Shown: piece by piece, positions 9,507 to 16,843 of the stretch
Layout: every line of letters begins with the position of its first letter
Position numbering within the stretch: the stretch's first letter is position 1
Source: Candidatus Hermodarchaeota archaeon
GTDB lineage: Archaea; Asgardarchaeota; Hermodarchaeia; Hermodarchaeales; Hermodarchaeaceae
Assembly: GCA_016840065.1 (NCBI GenBank)
Contig: JAEOTB010000073.1
Span: 1 to 30,300, forward strand
Direction: 5' to 3'
DNA length: 30,300 nt
Translations under genes and position numbers: made by a program
The notes under the pieces: generated by a model
Seen by the model: only the letters and a program-made list of their open reading frames with translations
Databases searched by the model: none
Told to the model about the DNA's origin: nothing

Positions 9507-10403
9507 CTAGCCTGTGAGCATATCAGGGGTTATCTTGATTTTTCGCTTTGCAGCAATCTGAATTGTGCTTTCAGGATCCAAGCTAGGTACTCCGAGATAA
9601 GGATCCCCATCCTTATGATCAACGCGTCCGTCATAATGTTTGGGCACAAAGTCAGGGTCTTTCTGGCCGGAGGGGTTTGCGCCGAAGGAGGCGGCAAAGG
9701 TGAAGAGAAAATCAATGGGATAATCCTGGCCTGCTTCGAAAGGTTTGGGGTAGTTCTTCATCCAGCCTTTGAAGAATTCGCGCATTTTTACAATGATGTG
9801 AGCTTTTCCAGGATCAGTACCTTTAATCTCGCATTCAGGCCAGCTGCCGTCACCGCTATCAAAGGTGTGACCAAGAAGTCCTCCGAACCCAATGTAACCT
9901 GAAAGGGGTTTGAGCTTCGGATCATAACTGAGATCAAACTCGAGGGCTCCATCACCAGGTTTTGCCTTGGTGAGCAGCCAAGGCTTGATGTCGGTGGTCA
10001 TGGTGAGTTTCTCGAACCACTTGCCTGGATGGAACCAGTGTAGAGTCATCTTGTCGAGGCCACAGCCAGATGGAAGTGCCTTACCAGTTAGTTCTGCATC
10101 GATAAGACTCTCATTGTATTCCAGCTCCGTGGCAAGCTTACCAGAGGCATCTAATCTGTAATCAAGATAATCTTCCATACTTTCCCCTAGTACACTACGT
10201 GCAGTATAGACACGAACAGGTTGACCAGCAAGAGGAGAGGCACCTGTTACAAAACTAAGTTCCAGCTGAAGACGACGGGGCTGACGAATTTGGTGAGTAG
10301 CCTTGTCGTAGTCTTCTTGATCCCAAGCAGCAAGACGTGGCATTTTTTTCATCTCAAAGGTTTCATCGCTTTCCCTTTGTCTAGCGGGACAAGTGTAAGA
10401 CAA
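9507..10403 (-). CDS. Hypothetical protein (~280-298 aa; real start may be ATG 10352 or 10343)
   Basis: Long ORF co-oriented with its neighbours, rich in Gly/Pro/aromatic residues and probably beta-rich. No family recognised. Confidence 0.7.
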   Translation of the reverse strand: MSYTCPARQRESDETFEMKKMPRLAAWDQEDYDKATHQIRQPRRLQLELSFVTGASPLAGQPVRVYTARSVLGESMEDYLDYRLDASGKLATELEYNESLIDAELTGKALPSGCGLDKMTLHWFHPGKWFEKLTMTTDIKPWLLTKAKPGDGALEFDLSYDPKLKPLSGYIGFGGLLGHTFDSGDGSWPECEIKGTDPGKAHIIVKMREFFKGWMKNYPKPFEAGQDYPIDFLFTFAASFGANPSGQKDPDFVPKHYDGRVDHKDGDPYLGVPSLDPESTIQIAAKRKIKITPDMLTG

Positions 10404-10530
10404 AAGGGGCTGTAATTAAGAGAACTTAGTGAACCTACTGCCTTTTAAAAGCTTAACTTTCAGCTATATCTACCAATACTTCAGTAGTATCTTTACTCTT
10501 CTAGAAGTTTTTCAATTTTTTTCCAAACAG

Positions 10531-11100
10531 TTAAAGGTCGAATTGTTCGCTTCGCTCAAGGGATTTGACGACTTCAAACGCTAGTAGGGTGAAGACCTTC
10601 ACGACGTTCATACCATTCTTTGCGCTAGTTTCAAGATAGGAGAGCTGTAACTGCTCTGCAAAGGTTTCCCCCTGAGCAGCTGTCACCGCCTCTTTGAGAT
10701 CAGCCTTGTTACCCACTAACATCGTGGGTATTATTCCACAAATACTCTTCACCCTATCTAACCAGCCTCTCACATTCGCTAGGGTTTGTGGAACAGTCTT
10801 GTCAAAAACAACAACAGCACCCTTTGCTCCCACATAATACTTCTCAAGAACAGGACCAAACCTTTCCTGACCAGCAGTATCCCATAACTGCATCCTCAGC
10901 ACCTTATCCTCAACAGCCACGTTCTGGACAAAGAAGTTAACCCCTAGAGTTTGAATGTACTCTGGTGAGAAGAAGCCCTTAGTGAACCTGACCGCGATAC
11001 TGGTTTTACCTACTGCTGCATCACCGAGTACAATGACTTTGGCCCGATAATCATAGGGCACTGGAGGGTCGCGTTCCTTTGATTCAATTGATGGAGTCAT
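10531..11100 (-). CDS. Rab-like small GTPase 1
   Basis: G1 GDAAVGKTS, G2 TLGVNF, G3 WDTAGQERF, G4 NKAD, G5 ETSAK. Its start overlaps the upstream longin stop (ATGA). Confidence 0.95.
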   Translation of the reverse strand: MTPSIESKERDPPVPYDYRAKVIVLGDAAVGKTSIAVRFTKGFFSPEYIQTLGVNFFVQNVAVEDKVLRMQLWDTAGQERFGPVLEKYYVGAKGAVVVFDKTVPQTLANVRGWLDRVKSICGIIPTMLVGNKADLKEAVTAAQGETFAEQLQLSYLETSAKNGMNVVKVFTLLAFEVVKSLERSEQFDL

Positions 11101-11915
11101 AGGATTTTCATCACCAAAAGGTCGGTTAGTTCCCAGGCAATCAGCCGGTCCCTCTCAGCTCCAATAAGGGGTACTATGTGCTTGAAGAACAGACTCTGAT
11201 AAGCTTCTGCAGGTAATAGACGCTGCGTAAGGATGAACAGATCACGGAGAATTCGGCCCAGAGCTCTAAGCATGCCAGAATAATCTATACCTTCAACATC
11301 GATGTTTTCAAAGAACACGTTACCCTCGGGATGAACGGTCAGCCCTGATAAGGGGGAGCCAGAGTCGATGTGAGTTTTGAATATCTTGACGATTTCTCCC
11401 CAATTATCTTGACGCGTTTGATCGTCAAAGAACTTCTGGAGAATCGTGTTAAAGAACACTGTGAAGATGTCTAGGGTGTCTATAGCCTTTGCTGTGATTA
11501 GACTTCTTTCAGCTTGCTCCCAGTTTGACACGTACTTGCCCACGACCTTATCAAAGGTGTTGAACTGATACTCGTCTGGCTCTGATTCGGTAATAGCAGG
11601 TAGGTGGTTACTAAACATCTCGACGAATCGTTTGTTCAGCGTTAGGAGATACTCACTCCATCTTTCCACATTCACATTTGCCTCAGTGAAAAAGATGAAG
11701 AGTAAATCATTTTCTTCATCAATTTGGAAGAGAACCCAGAGGTTATCAAAACAGATGTAATTGACAAACTTGGTAGATAGATCCTTTGCTAGAAGTTGTA
11801 GTTTGACTAATTGAGTGGAGAGATGAGTGGGGTCGGTATTCATCGCTTTCCAGGTTTTACTGAAAAGGTGAACCCCACCTTGCCAGCTAGTTATCATGAA
11901 ATTGTAAAGTGCCAT
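11097..11915 (-). CDS. Longin-like domain protein with C-terminal helical domain (copy A)
   Basis: N-terminal beta-beta-alpha-beta-beta-beta-alpha pattern (LYNFMITSWQGGVHLFSKTW..DPTHLSTQL..LLFIFFTE). Colinear paralog of 14160..14975. Confidence 0.72.
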   Translation of the reverse strand: MALYNFMITSWQGGVHLFSKTWKAMNTDPTHLSTQLVKLQLLAKDLSTKFVNYICFDNLWVLFQIDEENDLLFIFFTEANVNVERWSEYLLTLNKRFVEMFSNHLPAITESEPDEYQFNTFDKVVGKYVSNWEQAERSLITAKAIDTLDIFTVFFNTILQKFFDDQTRQDNWGEIVKIFKTHIDSGSPLSGLTVHPEGNVFFENIDVEGIDYSGMLRALGRILRDLFILTQRLLPAEAYQSLFFKHIVPLIGAERDRLIAWELTDLLVMKIL

Positions 11916-12095
11916 CTTGCTTTTTGACCTCGTTTTCCCGAATCTGAATATTGTCGTACTTGTTAATAAACGTGCCCTGCCTGTTAAATTAATTTTCCCA
12001 GTAACGATTCAGCAGGAATTGCATCCTGAAGGAGGTTCTTCATTTGTGAAACGTAGATACTTCCAACTCTGAAGAATGGCAAGGGTCAACGATGG

Positions 12096-12647
12096 CTAGT
12101 AACCCTTAGATGTCTTGTCAATGTACTCTATGATCTGGGGTGCGAGAAGGGTGAAGATTTCTGTTGTGCCCGTTCCAGTCTTTGCGCTGGCCTCTAGAAA
12201 GCTGAGTCCATGGGTGGTCGCAAACTGTTGTCCAAACTCATAACTTATTGCCTCGGCGAGGTCAGCCTTATTCCCTACTAAGATGATGGGAATATCACCT
12301 GCACCCTCCTTTATCTCCTGAATCCAATGATCCAATTGAGTGTGAGAGCTAGACTTATCGTAAACCAGGACAGCCCCTTTGGCCCCAAGATAATAGCGTT
12401 TCCGCAAAGGACCGAACTGCTCCTGGCCTGCGGTGTCCCATATTTGGAGTTTTAAGACCTTGTCGCCCACCTTTATCTCGTGGATGAAAAATGTGACACC
12501 AATCGTTGAGATATACTCGGGATTGAAGAATCCCTTGCAGAAGCGTACGATTAAGCTGGTTTTTCCTACACCGGCCTCTCCTACTACGATGACTTTGGCT
12601 GCATGAGTAATGTGCCTGTCTTGCGTGGTTGGTGGGGTATCTGTCAT
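12096..12647 (-). CDS. Rab-like small GTPase 2
   Basis: GEAGVGKTS, TIGVTF, KLQIWDTAGQEQF, NKAD and EASAK motifs, with a GGTGA SD upstream. Confidence 0.95.
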   Translation of the reverse strand: MTDTPPTTQDRHITHAAKVIVVGEAGVGKTSLIVRFCKGFFNPEYISTIGVTFFIHEIKVGDKVLKLQIWDTAGQEQFGPLRKRYYLGAKGAVLVYDKSSSHTQLDHWIQEIKEGAGDIPIILVGNKADLAEAISYEFGQQFATTHGLSFLEASAKTGTGTTEIFTLLAPQIIEYIDKTSKGY

Positions 12648-12751
12648 AGTAACTCTATCACCAGGGGTTCTACTAGGTGTATGCTTCTAGCCCCGACTGG
12701 TTCTGATTTCAATATGATAACAGGGTAAAGGGGTGTTTTAAAATTTAGTTG

Positions 12752-13315
12752 TTAGTAGGGATGAGCCATTTGGTTGCTTACTTGGGATGCAAGGAGGTCA
12801 AAAATCTTCGTTGTGTGGTGGCCAGTCTTGGCACTGGCTTCTAGGAAGGTAAGCCGATGAGCTAGAGCGAATTGCTTACCCTGTTCAAAGGTGATGATTT
12901 CTTCAAGGTCAGCTTTGTTCCCGACAAGAACTATGGGAACATCACCCATATTCGTCTTGATCTCGTTTAGCCAGTATCCTAACTTCTCAAAGCTTTCTTC
13001 GTTAGTTTTATCATAGACCAAGATAGCCCCTTTCGCCCCATCGTAATACAATTGACGAAGGGAGCTGAACCTTTCTTGCCCTGCTGTGTCCCAAATCACT
13101 AAGCGTAGAACCTTATCTGTCATATTGAAGTCTTGGACGTAAAAGTTCACGCCTATTGTTAGAATATATGAAGGATTGAAGATGCCTTTCACGAATCTGG
13201 TGATGAGGCTGGTTTTTCCTACAGTAGCTTCGCCTATGACAATTACTTTTGCAGTGTGTGAGTGGGTTGGAGAGCTTTGTTGTAGATCGGTATCTGTTGT
13301 TGTATGGATTGTCAA
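12752..13315 (-). CDS. Rab-like small GTPase 3
   Basis: GEATVGKTS, TIGVNF, WDTAGQERF, NKAD and EASAK motifs. TTG 13315 gives 187 aa, exactly colinear with GTPase 4. The ORF-track start 13372 is an alternative. Confidence 0.93.
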   Translation of the reverse strand: MTIHTTTDTDLQQSSPTHSHTAKVIVIGEATVGKTSLITRFVKGIFNPSYILTIGVNFYVQDFNMTDKVLRLVIWDTAGQERFSSLRQLYYDGAKGAILVYDKTNEESFEKLGYWLNEIKTNMGDVPIVLVGNKADLEEIITFEQGKQFALAHRLTFLEASAKTGHHTTKIFDLLASQVSNQMAHPY

Positions 13316-13458
13316 AGTAGGGTCATCACTATGACTCGAATTCTCTTCTACCAATTTTGAACACCAATTCATTTCGTAGCAAGTCTATTTGTCGCCGTAG
13401 AGCGATGTTTGTTGGAACTGATATCCCTTGTCGCCGCCCTTATACTTCATTATTAATT

Positions 13459-13466
13459 TATATAAA
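13459..13466 (-). promoter_or_regulatory. Candidate archaeal TATA box (TTTATATA) upstream of GTPase 3
   Basis: AT-rich island in the intergenic gap. The minus strand reads AGAAAGGTTTTTATATAAATT, a purine-rich BRE-like element followed by TATA. Confidence 0.35.
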
Positions 13467-13599
13467 AACCTTTCTATAATATATGCAGCAGAAGAGTAGC
13501 CTTGAAGAGCGGCTTGTCCTAGGTACTTCAAGGAGACCTCTCTGAATTTTCAACGGTTTCGATGAAAGTAATACGAAAGTGTCAGAGTGAACAAGATAG

Positions 13600-14163
13600 T
13601 CAGTAGTGACGTGACAAATAGTTGCTCACCTGAAAGGCAAGTAAGTTGAAGAGCCTCACCGTTTGGTGACCAGTCTTTGCACTTGCTTCTAAGAAGGTTA
13701 GTCTGTGAGCCATGGCGAATTGCTTTCCACGTTCAAAGGATATGATTTCCTTGAGGTCAGCCTTATTCCCTACGAGAATCACTGGGATATCACCGGCGTG
13801 TTGGCTAATCTCTTTCAGCCAGTATTCTAGCCGCTGAAATGTTTCTTCACTGCTTTTATCATAGACTAGAACAGCACCCTTGGTGCCGAAGTAATAGCGC
13901 CTGCGAATGGGGCCGAATCTTTCTTGTCCCGCAGTATCCCAGATTTGTAGGCGAAGGACTCTATTTGGTAAATAGATGTCTTGCACGTAGAAATTCACTC
14001 CTATTGTCAGGATGTAGGATGGTTTGAAGATGCCCTTCACGAACCTCACGATGAGACTGGTTTTTCCCACAGTGGCTTCACCGACAACAATCACCTTTGC
14101 AGCGTGCGTATATACTGGAGGTTCCTTGGAGAGGCGGGCTGTTGTTGTGTCGGGGACCGTCAT
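13600..14163 (-). CDS. Rab-like small GTPase 4
   Basis: GEATVGKTS, TIGVNF, RLQIWDTAGQERF, NKAD and EASAK motifs. ATGA overlap with the upstream longin gene. Confidence 0.95.
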   Translation of the reverse strand: MTVPDTTTARLSKEPPVYTHAAKVIVVGEATVGKTSLIVRFVKGIFKPSYILTIGVNFYVQDIYLPNRVLRLQIWDTAGQERFGPIRRRYYFGTKGAVLVYDKSSEETFQRLEYWLKEISQHAGDIPVILVGNKADLKEIISFERGKQFAMAHRLTFLEASAKTGHQTVRLFNLLAFQVSNYLSRHY

Positions 14164-14975
14164 AGGAGCTGCACCACCAATGATTCGAATAGATTGTAGG
14201 CTAATAATCGGGATCGTTCTTGGCGGATAAGAGGGATCATATATCTGAAGAAGAGCGCCTGATGGCTTTGGGGTGTTATGATTCTTTGAACTAAGGTAAT
14301 CAGGTCCTTGAGGGTTCTACTCAGGGAGTCTAGCATCAGTGTGTAATTGACGCTTTGAAGGTCCTCAATCCCGTACTGTGCACCGCCCTGAGGGCTGATA
14401 GTGAAGCGATGTAGGGGAATGCTCCCTGAGACGTTATCTCGGAATGCCGCTTGAAGATGCCCCCAACAATCTTCTCTCATCTTTGGTGTGAGAAACTTCT
14501 GAAGAAGGACATCGAAGAAGAGGGAGAAGACTTCCAAGACATCCATTACCTTAGCTTTGTCTAGTGTGATCTCACCTTGTTCCCAACCGGAAATTAAGCT
14601 ATCAGCGAGTTCGTTGTAAGCCTGAGTGGGTAGGGATCCTTCTATGGACTCAAGGTGCGTTAGGTTCGAATGGAAAATCTGGATGAAGCGTGTGCTCAGA
14701 ATGTCAAGATATTCCTTGAAACGGGTTGCATCGCCTTTAGCGTCTGTGATGAAGACGAAGAGCAGTTTGTATTTCTCATCTACACTGAAGAAGAAACGTG
14801 AATCCTCTAGTGTTATCATATTGACATGCTGAGATGTGATGCTCAGTGCCATCATCTCAAGACTCGCAATGAGCGCCGAGAGTAAATCTGGATCCTTCCC
14901 TACTTTAACCCAAGTTCTGTTGTAGACGTGTTTGCCACTTTTCCAGGCAATTACATAGAAACCGTGAATTGCCAT
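14160..14975 (-). CDS. Longin-like domain protein with C-terminal helical domain (copy B)
   Basis: IHGFYVIAWKSGKHVYNRTW..DPDLLSALIASLEMMA..ITLEDSRFFF..LLFVFITD matches the longin/sedlin-like pattern. Confidence 0.78.
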   Translation of the reverse strand: MAIHGFYVIAWKSGKHVYNRTWVKVGKDPDLLSALIASLEMMALSITSQHVNMITLEDSRFFFSVDEKYKLLFVFITDAKGDATRFKEYLDILSTRFIQIFHSNLTHLESIEGSLPTQAYNELADSLISGWEQGEITLDKAKVMDVLEVFSLFFDVLLQKFLTPKMREDCWGHLQAAFRDNVSGSIPLHRFTISPQGGAQYGIEDLQSVNYTLMLDSLSRTLKDLITLVQRIITPQSHQALFFRYMIPLIRQERSRLLAYNLFESLVVQLL

Positions 14976-14987
14976 CCCTTACACCAA

Positions 14988-15069
14988 ATGTCGTCTCTAC
15001 TTCTAGCCGTAGAGACTAATGACATATGCTTGTTAATCAGATTCCGTATTTGTCTTCCCTCGCAAATAC
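14988..15069 (-). promoter_or_regulatory. Two tandem inverted repeats upstream of the longin-GTPase unit
   Basis: ATGTC-GTCTCTAC(14988-15000)/GTAGAGAC-taat-GACAT(15009-15025) and GTATTTG(15046-15052)/CAAATAC(15063-15069). Confidence 0.45.
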
Positions 15070-15170
15070 CAGTTAGATATCACTGTTAACCATAAAAATA
15101 AGTCTTTCTCCGGCTCTCAGAAACCGAAACATTAGCAGTACTCGTCGCTAATTGGGTTCGCCAAGTTTAC

Positions 15171-16757
15171 TTAAGTGGGTCGGATTCGTGAGTCCACGAT
15201 TTCCTGGAATTTGAGGCCTCCAGCTTTCTCGAGGAGGACATCCAGTTCCATGAAGTGGATGACCGGCGTAACTTCAGTTTGAGCTTTGGTTAAACGCTTG
15301 AGTTCACGCTTCAGGGATGCCTTGTTTGCACCAGAGCTAGGTGCCACATTCAGAGATAATACGTCTAACGAATAGGGGTCATCGGGATTCGATTTGGTGA
15401 CCACAATTTGTACCTCATCTACTTCTTGTAAGGCTAGAAGCGATTCACGAAGCGCGGTGAGGTTGACGGTAGCGCCCTTGATTTTCTCCTCTTGAATGCC
15501 CATCACTTGCATTTGGGCACCGATTTCAGTTTCTCGAGAGATGTTGTAGAAGAGGGGCATCTCTAATCCGCACTGCCCGCATTTTCCGGTTTCTACCTTG
15601 TCGACATGGTCGCCCATGAGATAGCCTTCAAACATGGAGGCGGTACCGTCCACGTGGAAAATAGTGATGTAGCCGCCTTCTTCGGGGCTTGTGAATTCAT
15701 AGCCTCCGCTGTCATCGGTGAATTTCACGAAACGAACAGCAAAGGCTAGAGGGGAAAGATTGTGATATCCGCCCTTCTCAGCACATTGACAAGCGACACC
15801 AATCTTAGTCTCGCTGGCAGCCCAGCCTCCAATCACACGAGTCTCGGTCATCCCTACCTCTGCAAGGGCGTCCTTAATATCATCGATAACCCGGTCATAA
15901 ATGCGTTCACCAGCAAGTAGCACAATACCTCTTTTTTCCAGTTTAGGCTTCATCGCCTTTAATGCACGACAATAGATATTCCTGAAGTACCCAGGCATGG
16001 CAGCAAATCCTGTTACCTTGAATAACTCCGCTAATTGCACGAGTTTCTCGGTAGGAATCGCACCCCCCGCAGTGGTCCGCAAACAAAAGTCTGCCATCTG
16101 CATTAGGCCACCATCGACTCCAAAGAAGCCCAAGTGTGGGGCGCAGGGGAAGAGGTTCTGCGCCCGTAGAGTGAACCCTTCTTCAACCCATGGGTCTATT
16201 GCCATCATTCCTGATTTGGCCATGTTTGCTCGCATCAACTCATCATCATAATGTGTTAGGAAAACTGGTGAAGGAAGCCCTGAAGCTCGTCCTGAGGAGA
16301 ACCAGAAGAATCGGGGAGTGAATCGGTGTGCAATGTGTTCTAGAAGCTCTTGACGGGCTTTAGAAGCGCCCAGTCGCAGTTTTACCTTGAGCCCTCGTCG
16401 AAAGACAAAGCTTCTTTCTTCTTTATAGCCTGCCTCCTTGTAGTAGCTCAACAGGTTCCCGATTATCTTTGCAGGGTCGCGCTCTTTTCCGTCTGCCTCT
16501 CGGGGGTTCAGAACGAATTCACGGAGTCCTCCCTTGTAATCAGCTTTTCTGACCAGGGGAAGCTTGTATTTCTCCCAGTCTGTGGGGGTCTTCAAGTCAA
16601 AGGGATCAACCTTGTGCTGCTTGAATAGTTTCCTGTAGAATGGATGATTGGGATAGACCTGGTAGCGGATGAATGCTCTAAACTTTCTATCCTGTATTTC
16701 CTCTATCTCCGAATACCGCATTGATTTGAGTTCTTTGAATGTAAGAAGTCGCTTCAA
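15171..16757 (-). CDS. Phenylacetate-CoA ligase (PaaK)-like adenylate-forming enzyme
   Basis: HPFYRKLF..LPLVRKADY N-terminus, P-loop FSSGRASGLP, LLAGERI, GGWAASETK and YLMGD. TTG start with an AGGAG SD. Substrate unknown. Confidence 0.8.
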   Translation of the reverse strand: MKRLLTFKELKSMRYSEIEEIQDRKFRAFIRYQVYPNHPFYRKLFKQHKVDPFDLKTPTDWEKYKLPLVRKADYKGGLREFVLNPREADGKERDPAKIIGNLLSYYKEAGYKEERSFVFRRGLKVKLRLGASKARQELLEHIAHRFTPRFFWFSSGRASGLPSPVFLTHYDDELMRANMAKSGMMAIDPWVEEGFTLRAQNLFPCAPHLGFFGVDGGLMQMADFCLRTTAGGAIPTEKLVQLAELFKVTGFAAMPGYFRNIYCRALKAMKPKLEKRGIVLLAGERIYDRVIDDIKDALAEVGMTETRVIGGWAASETKIGVACQCAEKGGYHNLSPLAFAVRFVKFTDDSGGYEFTSPEEGGYITIFHVDGTASMFEGYLMGDHVDKVETGKCGQCGLEMPLFYNISRETEIGAQMQVMGIQEEKIKGATVNLTALRESLLALQEVDEVQIVVTKSNPDDPYSLDVLSLNVAPSSGANKASLKRELKRLTKAQTEVTPVIHFMELDVLLEKAGGLKFQEIVDSRIRPT

Positions 16758-16843
16758 TAGAAAACATCTCTCCTGATTAAAACCGAATAGAACGACGGTT
16801 TAATTGTAAGAGTTGCCTTACCCTAAAAGATTAATGGAAATAA

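Noticed and set aside
10506-10530. Polypyrimidine tract ending in CAG, resembling a splice acceptor or terminator
   Set aside because: Gene organisation is prokaryotic with no split genes, and the T-runs are on the strand opposite the flanking genes.
10531-14975. Eukaryotic contamination as the source of the Rab-like genes
   Set aside because: ATGA-coupled operons, SD motifs, TTG starts, no introns and no prenylation motifs all point to a prokaryotic origin.
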